NCBI GenBank assembly: GCA_944363535.1
Contig: CALVUG010000003.1
Span: 307-64,306 of the forward strand
From: an uncultured Bacilli bacterium
GTDB taxonomy: Bacteria; Bacillota_I; Bacilli_A; RFN20; CAG-826
DNA length: 64,000 nucleotides
Direction of reading: 5' to 3'
A program made the position numbers and the translations under genes. The notes under the pieces were generated by a model. The model was not told the DNA's origin. It saw only the letters and a list, made by a program, of their open reading frames with translations, and searched no databases. This document shows positions 37,915 to 46,615 of this stretch, in pieces (positions within the stretch are counted from its first letter, which is position 1; every line of letters starts with the position of its first letter).

Positions 37915-39273
37915 CTAATCCTCGCTTTCAATAACTTGATAAATACTTTGACAAACCTTTTTACAAAGCTCATTAGTCTTGGCTTCGCACATGATGCGGA
38001 TGAGAGGTTCCGTCCCACTTTTGCGGACAAAAATCCTTCCTTCTTCCGCTAATAAGTCTTCATTTTCTTTTAAGATAGCTTTAACTTTATCATTTTCTAA
38101 AACATGAGAGTCTTTATCTTTCAAACGATAATTGATCATGAGCTGTGGATAGATAGTAATCTCTTTAAGAACTTCATCAAAACTATGACCTAACCTAACA
38201 AATTCATTTAATAAAGCGACCATCGTAAGGAATCCATCACCCGTTTCCAGTTTATCGTATTGGATGATGTGACCCGATTGTTCGCCTCCTAAGATGTAAC
38301 CATGTTCTTTCAAACTTCTTTGGACGTATTTATCGCCGACATCCGTTTGAACGACATCAATCTTTTCATTTTCTAAAGCTTTTAATAAACCGATGTTAGA
38401 CATCTTAGTGACGACGATGGCGTTACCTATCAATTTATTTTGTTCTTTTAAAGCTTTTGCTAAGATGAATAAAGTTTTATCGCCATCGATCACTTCGCCA
38501 TCGTGATCGACGCACATCAAACGGTCCGCATCGCCATCGAAGGCAAAGCCAAGGTCATATTGACCTTCTTTCATCTTAGAAATTAATCCTTCTAGATGCG
38601 TGCTACCAGCATGAAGATTGATATTTTTGCCATCTGGCTTATCGTTAATAAAAGTGACATCGGCCCCTAAGGAAGCAAAAAACTTCGGAGCGATCGCACT
38701 TGCGGAACCATTGGCTAAATCAAGTAATAAACGTAGACCTTTTAAATCGCTCGTCAAGTAAGATTTAAGAAATTCAATATATTCATCTTTTACTTCGTTA
38801 GATGGGACAAGCTTTCCTGCTCTAGCAAACTTTTTGATATCTAAATCATCTTTTTCTTTTTCGATGTAGCCTTCAATTTCTACTTCTAAATCTTCGCTAA
38901 TCTTCGAACCCGTATGAGAAAATACTTTTATCCCATTATCGGTGTAAGGATTATGGGAAGCAGAAATCATGATACCATAGGTATAATGTCTTTTATTGAT
39001 TAGATAAGAAACACTAGGAGTGGTCGTCACCCCTAAGTCGTAGACATTCGAGCCAGATTTAATGATACCTTCCACTAAGGCATCTAAAAGTAAGGAACCA
39101 CTAAATCTTGTATCTCTTCCGATGACGATATGATTTCTTTTACCCGCAACATTAAAACCGATGTAACGTCCGATGCGATAAGCCATCTCACGTGTGAGAC
39201 CTTCGCCGTAGACTCCTCTAATTCCATCCGTACCAAATAGGTGCGGTTTAACTTCATTACATTTCTTCATCAT
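37915..39273 (-). CDS. glmM: Phosphoglucosamine mutase
   Basis: FGTDGIRG and phosphoserine loop SASHNP. Start chosen at ATG 39273 (SD GAGGAAG), giving ~452 aa. The track's longer ORF to 39384 runs through the cdaA 3' end. Confidence 0.9.
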   Translation of the reverse strand: MMKKCNEVKPHLFGTDGIRGVYGEGLTREMAYRIGRYIGFNVAGKRNHIVIGRDTRFSGSLLLDALVEGIIKSGSNVYDLGVTTTPSVSYLINKRHYTYGIMISASHNPYTDNGIKVFSHTGSKISEDLEVEIEGYIEKEKDDLDIKKFARAGKLVPSNEVKDEYIEFLKSYLTSDLKGLRLLLDLANGSASAIAPKFFASLGADVTFINDKPDGKNINLHAGSTHLEGLISKMKEGQYDLGFAFDGDADRLMCVDHDGEVIDGDKTLFILAKALKEQNKLIGNAIVVTKMSNIGLLKALENEKIDVVQTDVGDKYVQRSLKEHGYILGGEQSGHIIQYDKLETGDGFLTMVALLNEFVRLGHSFDEVLKEITIYPQLMINYRLKDKDSHVLENDKVKAILKENEDLLAEEGRIFVRKSGTEPLIRIMCEAKTNELCKKVCQSIYQVIESED

Positions 39274-40060
39274 TTTCTTCCTCTTCATCTCGCATATAAT
39301 TTTCGAAGACACGGAGGAAGTTATCGAGTTGTACGGATTCGAGTTCGCCTCCATAAGCGATGGAAATACGGCCTGTTTCTTCACTTACGACGACTGTCAC
39401 CGCATCAGAAATTTCGCTGATGCCGATAGCCGCACGGTGTCTAGAACCATATTTACCCGTGAGCGGTTTCGTCGTCGGAGTAAAGTAGACGCTTGCAGCG
39501 ACGATCTTATCACCGTGGATGACGACCGCCCCATCGTGTAAGCGTGTGCCGGGATAGAAGATTGTGACGAGTAATTCCATCGTCACCGGTGCTTCGACGA
39601 CCGTTCCACTGCGCATCACATCGCTTAAGGGTGTATGTCTTTCAAAAGTGATGAGAGCCCCAATCTTATGTTTAGATAAATATTGGACTGCATCATCAAT
39701 CGTTTTATAAAGAGCTTCGCGGTCAAAAATTCTTTCTACTTTATTTCTTTTCCCAACGTTTAAAAGACGTTTGCCTTTAAGTGGATTAGCGAGGTAACTT
39801 CTTAAAGTAGAAATGTTAACAGTAAAGACAAGAATTAATCCAGCGGCAAATAAGACGAAACAAACAATCGTCAAAATATCCATGTTGAAGATGAAACTTA
39901 ACACAGTAAGGCCCGCTAGAGAACAAGAATAAATATAGACCGGAACACGCTTGATGAACTTGAAGATGATGAAAAGGAAAAATCCTAACAAGAGAACGAG
40001 AATAATCAACGTGAGAATATTTTGCCAAATCGTAAAATCTTTGATGACGCTTCCTGGCAT
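39257..40060 (-). CDS. cdaA: Diadenylate cyclase, membrane-bound CdaA type
   Basis: 267 aa with three N-terminal TM helices. DAC domain motifs GALITFER, DGAVVI and GSRHRAAIGISE. Confidence 0.9.
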   Translation of the reverse strand: MPGSVIKDFTIWQNILTLIILVLLLGFFLFIIFKFIKRVPVYIYSCSLAGLTVLSFIFNMDILTIVCFVLFAAGLILVFTVNISTLRSYLANPLKGKRLLNVGKRNKVERIFDREALYKTIDDAVQYLSKHKIGALITFERHTPLSDVMRSGTVVEAPVTMELLVTIFYPGTRLHDGAVVIHGDKIVAASVYFTPTTKPLTGKYGSRHRAAIGISEISDAVTVVVSEETGRISIAYGGELESVQLDNFLRVFENYMRDEEEENDEEM

Positions 40061-40081
40061 AACATTAATTCCTTTCTACAA

Positions 40082-40579
40082 TTAACGAATCCAACGATGA
40101 GCAAATCTAGAAGCCGCGGCCGCTGCAATCGCCCCGACGATATCGTCGATGAAAGTGTTACAGTGCCCTTCCTTCTTGCCTTCTTTATTCAATTTATCAA
40201 TAATCTTGTATTTCTTCTTATCGATGTAACCAAAATTGGTCAAAGCGATGGAACCGTAGAGATTACAAATGCCATAGGCTAAGACTTCATCCACACCATA
40301 TAGACCTTCATCATGATCAAGTAATTCTTCTAATTCCTTATCGTGAAAAGATTTCGATTCGACGAGACGGTCAAGTTCAATCGCGGTCATGATAGCAAAT
40401 TGCACTTCTCTTTTTTCGATGACGCTTACGACGGATTCACGTAATTCTTCCATCTTCAAATCGAGATGATAATCCGCTTGTAAATATCTTGCGCATTCAG
40501 CAATATCATCGATACTTACTCCACGCATTTCCAATAAGTCGATACATTTTCTTAGATAATCAGCCATAATTTTTACCAT
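40082..40579 (-). CDS. yutG: PgpA-like phosphatidylglycerophosphatase family protein (B. subtilis YutG-like)
   Basis: 165 aa. Close resemblance, from memory, to YutG: ...EGLYGVDEVLAYGICNLYGSIALTNFGYIDK...FIDDIVGAIAAAAASRFAHR. Confidence 0.75.
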   Translation of the reverse strand: MVKIMADYLRKCIDLLEMRGVSIDDIAECARYLQADYHLDLKMEELRESVVSVIEKREVQFAIMTAIELDRLVESKSFHDKELEELLDHDEGLYGVDEVLAYGICNLYGSIALTNFGYIDKKKYKIIDKLNKEGKKEGHCNTFIDDIVGAIAAAAASRFAHRWIR

Positions 40580-40584
40580 AATCG

Positions 40585-40593
40585 ATTATAGCA
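40585..40593 (-). promoter_or_regulatory. Extended -10 TGCTATAAT 5 nt upstream of yutG ATG
   Basis: Reverse strand reads TGCTATAAT-cgatt-ATG with no SD. Candidate promoter of yutG-cdaA-glmM-glmS. Confidence 0.45.
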
Positions 40594-40834
40594 AACAAAG
40601 TTTGTAAGTAAAAGTTAGATTTTTTATTCGTTCATATTAGCAATGAATTTAGCCGTCAAAAGCCCATTATTTAAGAAAAAATTTCTTTCCTGAAAAACTT
40701 TTGGTTAACTTTCTAGAAAAGAAATGATGATTAAATTTAATTTATTTTTACCTCATTTAAAATCATACTTTTTGCAGTCGACAAAAAATACTTATAAGGT
40801 ATAATATAGGCAGTCAATCAAAGGAGTATCAAAC

Positions 40835-41731
40835 ATGAAAGTTTACATCACCTCTGACGATAATGCAGGCTTCACCCCTAATGAAGCTAAAGAGCTCAAT
40901 ATCGCTATCATCCCTATGCCCATCATCATCGATGGTGCACCATATTATCAACATAAGACGTTAGATGAAAAGACGTTTTACGAAAAACTCATCGCTGGTT
41001 CAAATGTTTCGACCTCGCAACCCCTCCCACAAGATTTAATTTCCGTCTGGGATGATAAACTAAAAGAATATGATCAAATCGTCCACATCCCGATGTCGAG
41101 TGGTCTATCTAATTCTTGCCAGATGGCTAAGATGCTCGCCGAAACCCCTCCTTACGTCGGCAAAGTTTTCGTCGTCGATAATCATCGTATTTCTGTCACT
41201 TTAAAAAGTTCAGTTTATGACGCTATTGCGCTTGCGAAGCAAGGTCTAAGCGGCGAAGAAATTAAAAATAAATTAGAAGAAGATGGTTTCAATTCTGAAA
41301 TTTATATCATGGTTGACACCCTCAAATTTTTAAAGAAAGGCGGACGAGTGACCCCCGCTGCCGCAGCTTTTGCCGGGGCCTTAAATATCAAACCTATCTT
41401 AAAAATTGAAGGTGAAAAACTCGATGCTTTCAAGAAAGTCATCGGAACGAAAAAAGCTAAACTTGCTATGATCGAAGCCATCGAAAATAACTTAAATAAT
41501 AAATTTAAAGATGTGCCGCGTGAAGAACTCGCCTTTGCCATAGCTTACACTTACGATTTAGAAGAGGCTAACATCTTTAAAAAACAAGTCTTAGATCATT
41601 TTGGTGTCAAAGACGTGTTGATGAATCCTTTGTCTTTATCGATTGCGACGCACATCGGCCCTGGGGCCTTAGCCATCACCGTCACTCACGTGTTCGATAA
41701 AAATTTATCTTTAGATAATTACAAAGAATAA
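40835..41731 (+). CDS. DegV-family fatty-acid-binding protein
   Basis: 298 aa. Motifs ITSDDNAGF..., STSQP, LSGLSNS-like SSGLSNS and KKGGRV. SD AAGGAG. Confidence 0.9.
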   Translation: MKVYITSDDNAGFTPNEAKELNIAIIPMPIIIDGAPYYQHKTLDEKTFYEKLIAGSNVSTSQPLPQDLISVWDDKLKEYDQIVHIPMSSGLSNSCQMAKMLAETPPYVGKVFVVDNHRISVTLKSSVYDAIALAKQGLSGEEIKNKLEEDGFNSEIYIMVDTLKFLKKGGRVTPAAAAFAGALNIKPILKIEGEKLDAFKKVIGTKKAKLAMIEAIENNLNNKFKDVPREELAFAIAYTYDLEEANIFKKQVLDHFGVKDVLMNPLSLSIATHIGPGALAITVTHVFDKNLSLDNYKE

Positions 41732-41737
41732 GGTTAA

Positions 41738-41760
41738 AAGAGCGGCTACCGCTCTTTTTT
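41738..41760 (+). terminator. Intrinsic terminator after degV
   Basis: AAGAGCGG-cta-CCGCTCTT hairpin followed by a T-run. Confidence 0.75.
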
Positions 41761-41777
41761 AAAAAGGAGAAAAGTCT

Positions 41778-42278
41778 ATGAAAAAGAAAAATAAAGAACT
41801 AAAAGGTCTTCGTCTATTTTATTTTGTGATGAAACAGACACATATGCTTCCTATCATTGGAGGGTTTATCATCTATTTCTTCATCATGGCTACCATCATC
41901 TTCTTTACTTCTAACACGAGTGTTACTCAATATTCTAATATAGAAAATTATGGCGATGCTTTATGGTTTAGTTTCGCTAGTGTTTTTACTATCGGTTATG
42001 GCGATATTTGGGTAAGCGGAGTGGTCGGAAGAATTCTAACTGTTCTTCTTGTCATCTATGGCGTTTTTATCATCGCTATCATCCCAGCTGTGTTCTTAAC
42101 ATTTTATCAAGAAAAAATGAATCAAAAATTTAATTCTTCCGCTTCTTATCTTTTAGATAAATTAGAGCACCTTGAAGAACTAAGTAAAGAAGAATTAAAA
42201 AATCTCTCTTCTGACATCAAGAATTATCGACGTAGAAAAGAGATGAAAAGGAAGGTAAAAGAAGAAAATACAAATTAA
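41778..42278 (+). CDS. Two-TM potassium channel without a fused RCK domain
   Basis: 166 aa. Selectivity filter TIGYGD between two TM helices, then a short coiled C-terminal tail. Confidence 0.8.
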   Translation: MKKKNKELKGLRLFYFVMKQTHMLPIIGGFIIYFFIMATIIFFTSNTSVTQYSNIENYGDALWFSFASVFTIGYGDIWVSGVVGRILTVLLVIYGVFIIAIIPAVFLTFYQEKMNQKFNSSASYLLDKLEHLEELSKEELKNLSSDIKNYRRRKEMKRKVKEENTN

Positions 42279-42934
42279 GAGAATATTTCTTCTAATTCTT
42301 TAAACAAATTATCGCTTGCGAAGAACATAATTCTATCTCCTGGATAAATCATCGTTTGACCATTTGGGACAATCAAATCTTCGCCGTGATATATAGCGAT
42401 CATCAAAGCGGACTTCGGTAGATGAAGTTCGCTTACTTTTTTACCGACCGCGACACTACCTTCATTCGCCACTAATTGGACGATTGAATGCCCGCCTTTG
42501 GAAAGCTTTAACAAAGTTAAGAATGAACGCATGCTCATTTCTTCGACGACTAGATGACCAATAATATCAGCTTGGTTAATCGATGCATCCACACCCATCC
42601 CGAAATTAAATAACCAAGCATTATTAGGATTATTGACTCGAGCGATGACTCTTGGGGCTTGGAATTCAAATTTAGCGATCATTGAACAAACTAAGTTCGT
42701 TTCATCGTGTCCCGTCACACAAGCGACGACGTCAGCCTTATCGATATGGACAGTCGCTAAGACGTTTGGATCACTTGCGTCACCAAATAAGACGTGTTCT
42801 TCACCAAATTTTTTCATTAAATTAGGAATGTGCGATTGATTGAAATCAATGACCATGAAATCGCAATCATTTTTCTTTAAGAGGTCGGCCATGTAAGTAC
42901 CGATTTGTCCACCACCAATAATTAATGCATACAT
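42275..42934 (-). CDS. RCK/TrkA-type K+ transport regulatory protein (TrkA_N + TrkA_C)
   Basis: 219 aa. Rossmann IIGGGQIGTYMA and a C-terminal RCK_C-like half (IYPGDRIMFF). Confidence 0.8.
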   Translation of the reverse strand: MYALIIGGGQIGTYMADLLKKNDCDFMVIDFNQSHIPNLMKKFGEEHVLFGDASDPNVLATVHIDKADVVACVTGHDETNLVCSMIAKFEFQAPRVIARVNNPNNAWLFNFGMGVDASINQADIIGHLVVEEMSMRSFLTLLKLSKGGHSIVQLVANEGSVAVGKKVSELHLPKSALMIAIYHGEDLIVPNGQTMIYPGDRIMFFASDNLFKELEEIFS

Positions 42935-42949
42935 AATTATTCTTTCCTC

Positions 42950-43600
42950 CTAAATGCCTAAAATATTTTTTAAAGTACGTTTCGCGGAAGTACGCGTCAC
43001 TAGATATAAAATATCACCAGTTTGGATGACATCTTCTTTCTTTGGAATAAAAGAAGTATCATTTCTTACGATAGCGATAACTTTAATATTTTGTTCTTCT
43101 TCAATTTCATCTAACGTCATCCCTTCGACGCTTGGGGTCGCAGTGATACGCACGATTTCAGTCGAAGCATCGCGTCCTAGAAGCGCTAAAGAGTCGAAAG
43201 TATTGAAGGAAACGAGTTCGATCGCTCTATCGACAGCGAAGCCAGTGACGGAAATTGTTCTAATACCTAAAGCTTCAAAAATCTTCGCTTTCCTTGGATT
43301 ATAAATACGAGCGATGACGTGTTTTACGTAGTAAATATCTTTGGCAATCTTAGCCATCACGCTATTTATTTCATCACTTCCCGTCGCAGCGACGAAAATG
43401 TCCGTGTATTCAATTTCCGCTTCTTCTAAAATTTCCTTATCCATCCCGTTTCCGACGATTTGGGTACCGTTAAAATCCGCGCCTAAATCGTAAAATTTAT
43501 CGGGTGATAAATCGATGATGGTAATCGTATGGCCACGCCTATATAACTCCAAGGCTAAAGCGGAACCAAATTTTCCTGAACCGACGATGAGTACTTTCAT
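42950..43600 (-). CDS. RCK/TrkA-type K+ transport regulatory protein (second copy)
   Basis: 216 aa. IVGSGKFGSALA and C-terminal IQTGDILYLV. Lies 22 nt after the ATPase stop and 15 nt before the next trkA-like gene. Confidence 0.8.
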   Translation of the reverse strand: MKVLIVGSGKFGSALALELYRRGHTITIIDLSPDKFYDLGADFNGTQIVGNGMDKEILEEAEIEYTDIFVAATGSDEINSVMAKIAKDIYYVKHVIARIYNPRKAKIFEALGIRTISVTGFAVDRAIELVSFNTFDSLALLGRDASTEIVRITATPSVEGMTLDEIEEEQNIKVIAIVRNDTSFIPKKEDVIQTGDILYLVTRTSAKRTLKNILGI

Positions 43601-43622
43601 AAAACTATTCCTCTACTTTCTT

Positions 43623-46496
43623 TCATTTTATAACATTTTTACGTCTTTTAAGATATTTTCTTAATTCTTCGATGCCGATGACGATAAATGGGAAGGTAAA
43701 CATTACTAACCAAATACGATAATCATAAATAGCATTCGTCTCTAAGACGACCGTATTTAACATCGGAACGAATAAGACGATGATAAGTAAGGCAATTTCG
43801 GCGACGATACCAATTAAAATTGAACGATTGGAGAATAAGCCAACCTTAAAGGTCGAATCTTCTTCCGTACGACAATTGAAGACCATCCCGACTTGACAGA
43901 AGACGATACTTGCTAAGATGACGCTCGTCGAAGACATCCAATATTCGCTTCCTTGTGCGGGGAAACCAGTGAATGAACCAGTTTGGAAATAGACGTACAT
44001 AAAGTAAGCGAAGACCGCTAAAGCGGAAGTGACTAAACCTAGATAGAACGCCCTTCCATAAAGTTTTTTCGTAATCAAATGTTCATCTTTCTTACGCGGT
44101 GGCTTATCCATGATGCCAGGCATCGGTTTTTCTGAACCTAAGCCTAAAGCTGGAAGCATATCCGTCCCTAAGTCGATGATTAAAACTTCTAAGATAGTAA
44201 GCATCATCGGCACTCTTCCGATAGTGAGTAATGGAATTAAGACGGGAATCGCTTCTGGAATGTTCGAATTGAAGATGTAAGTGATAAATTTCTTGATGTT
44301 AGCAAAGATCGTTCTTCCTTCTTCGATAGCGGTGACGATGGAAGCAAAATTATCATCGGTTAAAATCATGTCCGCGGCGTCTTTTGCCACGTCCGTTCCA
44401 GCGATGCCCATCGCGATACCAATGTCCGCTTTTTTAAGCGCCGGTGCGTCGTTAACGCCATCTCCTGTCACAGCGACAATTTCACCAAGTTCTTGTAGAC
44501 AAGAAACGATACGATATTTTTGTTCAGGTGCCATCCTTGCAAAGATGATTTCCCCTTTAAGTAAAGTCTTTAGTTCATCATCGTTCATGGCATTAAGTTC
44601 CGCCCCACTTACGACGTGCGGATCTTCGCCTTTAACGATGCCGATATTTCTTGCTATCGCTAAAGCGGTCAAAGAATAATCGCCCGTAATCATGATAATT
44701 TTAATGCCAGCTTTATGGCACGTCGCAATCGCATTTTCAATCCCTTCTCTCGGTGGATCTTGCATCGCTTCTAAACCAAGGAAAGTTAGATCTTGTTCGA
44801 TGAGTTCAGGCGTATAATCGGAAATAGCTAGAGGAAGTTTATCGCTACGCTTAATGTAACGAAGCGCCATCCCTAAAACTCTTAAGCCATTCCTAGCGTA
44901 TTTATCATTTGCCGCCATGGCTTTCTTTTTATCATCTTCGTTAATTTCTCTAATCTTACCGTTTTCTAAAATGTATTTACATTTATCAATTAACTCTTTT
45001 GGCGAACCTTTCGTATAAGCGATACGCTGCGCCCCATCGACTTCGCGGTCGAGTTGGTGGATAGTCGTCATCATCTTTCTTACGCTATCGAAAGGTAAGG
45101 CTCTAATACGAGGCGTAATTCTTGTAATATTTGGCCCACTTACTAAACCTTTTTCTGCGACGACACCTAAACAAGCTTCAGTAGGATCACCTAAGACGAT
45201 AAATCTATTCTCTTCTTTCTTATGGACGATTTTGGCATCACTACATAACGCTCCACAAGTAAGTAACGCTTTTAAATCTTTATTATTTAAAGCCGTAATT
45301 GGCTCTTTTCTTTCATTTAAAATTTCCCCTTTTAAAGAATAACCACTTCCGGTGACGCTAAGTTCGCCCGTCGGTAAATATAAATATTTAACGGTCATTT
45401 CATTCTTCGTCAAAGTGCCCGTTTTATCTGAACAAATGACAGTCGTCGAACCAAGCGTTTCAGCCTTAGATAAAGATTTCACTAATGCCCCTTCTTTAGC
45501 AAGTCTTTGGACAGCTTTTGCTAACGATAAAGAAACTGTGGGCAGTAACCCTTCAGGAATGAAAGCGACGATCATCCCTAAGGCGACGACAAATTGTTGT
45601 AAATACATGCTCGGTTTATCAAAACCTTCGACGACACCATAGGTGATAACTGAAAAGATAAAGACAATTAAACCGATACTTAAAGCAATTAAAGCAATTG
45701 TTTTCGTCATCTTTTCTACTTCGTTTTCTAAAGGCGATTTTGATTCACCAATTTCTTGCGTTAAAGAAGCAATCTTACCAAATTCCGTGTCCATCGCCGT
45801 GGCGATGACGACGCATCTTGCCGTGCCAGTAGAAACTGACGTACCAGCGAAGACGATATTTTTCGCACGAATGGAAGTTTCCGGTAATTCTTTATGTGGT
45901 TCGCTCGTCTTCCTTGAAGGCGTCGCTTCTCCATCTAACGCACTTTGATTACACGTTAAATCGTTGCAGTTCAAGATGCGCGCATCCGCGCTTATTCTAT
46001 CCCCTTCAGAAAGGATGATGATATCACCGGCGACTAAATCTTTCGCTTCGATTTGTTGTTCTTGGCCGTCTCTAATGACACGGGCGTAACTTGGAAGCAT
46101 CTTCGAAAGTGCTTCGGTCGATTTCATCGCTTTATGTTGTTGAAAAAATGAAAATAGACCGTTGATGATATTAACTAAAAATATCGCGATAGCGAGATAA
46201 AGCATCCCTGGATCTTTTAAAGGTCCGATCGAAGATTCACTTTCTTCAGCGATGAAGCAAGCGACGATAGAAATCGTCCCAGCAATCCAAAGGAGGATCG
46301 CTAACATGGAGGTGAAGTTTTTAAAAAAGACTTTAAAAGTATTTTCTTTTTTCTTCTTAGCGATAATATTAGGCCCATTTTTTAATAATCTTTCTTCCGC
46401 TTCTTTCGCGCTGAGCCCATGTGCGGAAGTATTAAATTCATCGTAGATTTGTCTCGATGTCGCTTTATATATTTTATTTAATCGTTCTTGTTCCAT
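43623..46496 (-). CDS. P2-type cation-transporting ATPase with Na,K-ATPase-like (P2C) ion-site residues
   Basis: 957 aa. Motifs DKTGTLT, TGDGVNDAPALK, TM4 IPEGLLPTV, TM5 YIFNSNIPEAIP and TM6 IDLGTDMLPALGLG. Confidence 0.9.
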   Translation of the reverse strand: MEQERLNKIYKATSRQIYDEFNTSAHGLSAKEAEERLLKNGPNIIAKKKKENTFKVFFKNFTSMLAILLWIAGTISIVACFIAEESESSIGPLKDPGMLYLAIAIFLVNIINGLFSFFQQHKAMKSTEALSKMLPSYARVIRDGQEQQIEAKDLVAGDIIILSEGDRISADARILNCNDLTCNQSALDGEATPSRKTSEPHKELPETSIRAKNIVFAGTSVSTGTARCVVIATAMDTEFGKIASLTQEIGESKSPLENEVEKMTKTIALIALSIGLIVFIFSVITYGVVEGFDKPSMYLQQFVVALGMIVAFIPEGLLPTVSLSLAKAVQRLAKEGALVKSLSKAETLGSTTVICSDKTGTLTKNEMTVKYLYLPTGELSVTGSGYSLKGEILNERKEPITALNNKDLKALLTCGALCSDAKIVHKKEENRFIVLGDPTEACLGVVAEKGLVSGPNITRITPRIRALPFDSVRKMMTTIHQLDREVDGAQRIAYTKGSPKELIDKCKYILENGKIREINEDDKKKAMAANDKYARNGLRVLGMALRYIKRSDKLPLAISDYTPELIEQDLTFLGLEAMQDPPREGIENAIATCHKAGIKIIMITGDYSLTALAIARNIGIVKGEDPHVVSGAELNAMNDDELKTLLKGEIIFARMAPEQKYRIVSCLQELGEIVAVTGDGVNDAPALKKADIGIAMGIAGTDVAKDAADMILTDDNFASIVTAIEEGRTIFANIKKFITYIFNSNIPEAIPVLIPLLTIGRVPMMLTILEVLIIDLGTDMLPALGLGSEKPMPGIMDKPPRKKDEHLITKKLYGRAFYLGLVTSALAVFAYFMYVYFQTGSFTGFPAQGSEYWMSSTSVILASIVFCQVGMVFNCRTEEDSTFKVGLFSNRSILIGIVAEIALLIIVLFVPMLNTVVLETNAIYDYRIWLVMFTFPFIVIGIEELRKYLKRRKNVIK

Positions 46497-46615
46497 ACCT
46501 TGTAATCCTAACGAAATACAGTCAATATGATATAAAAATTTATTTAAAAAATAAACAAGGAGTTACGAAAATATTTCACTATTTGAAAGATGAGGTGAAT
46601 GAAGGTCATAAAAAA

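Noticed and set aside
39274-39384. Longer glmM ORF (489 aa) reaching into cdaA
   Set aside because: The extra 37 residues are not GlmM-like and overlap the cdaA coding sequence. ATG 39273 has an SD and gives the normal length of about 450 aa.
46497-46615. c-di-AMP (ydaO/kimA-type) riboswitch in the leader of the ATPase-trkA operon
   Set aside because: The 119-nt region is AT-rich. It shows none of the conserved ACGGGGA/CCCGA-type pseudo-symmetric elements and no extended helices that I could fold by eye.
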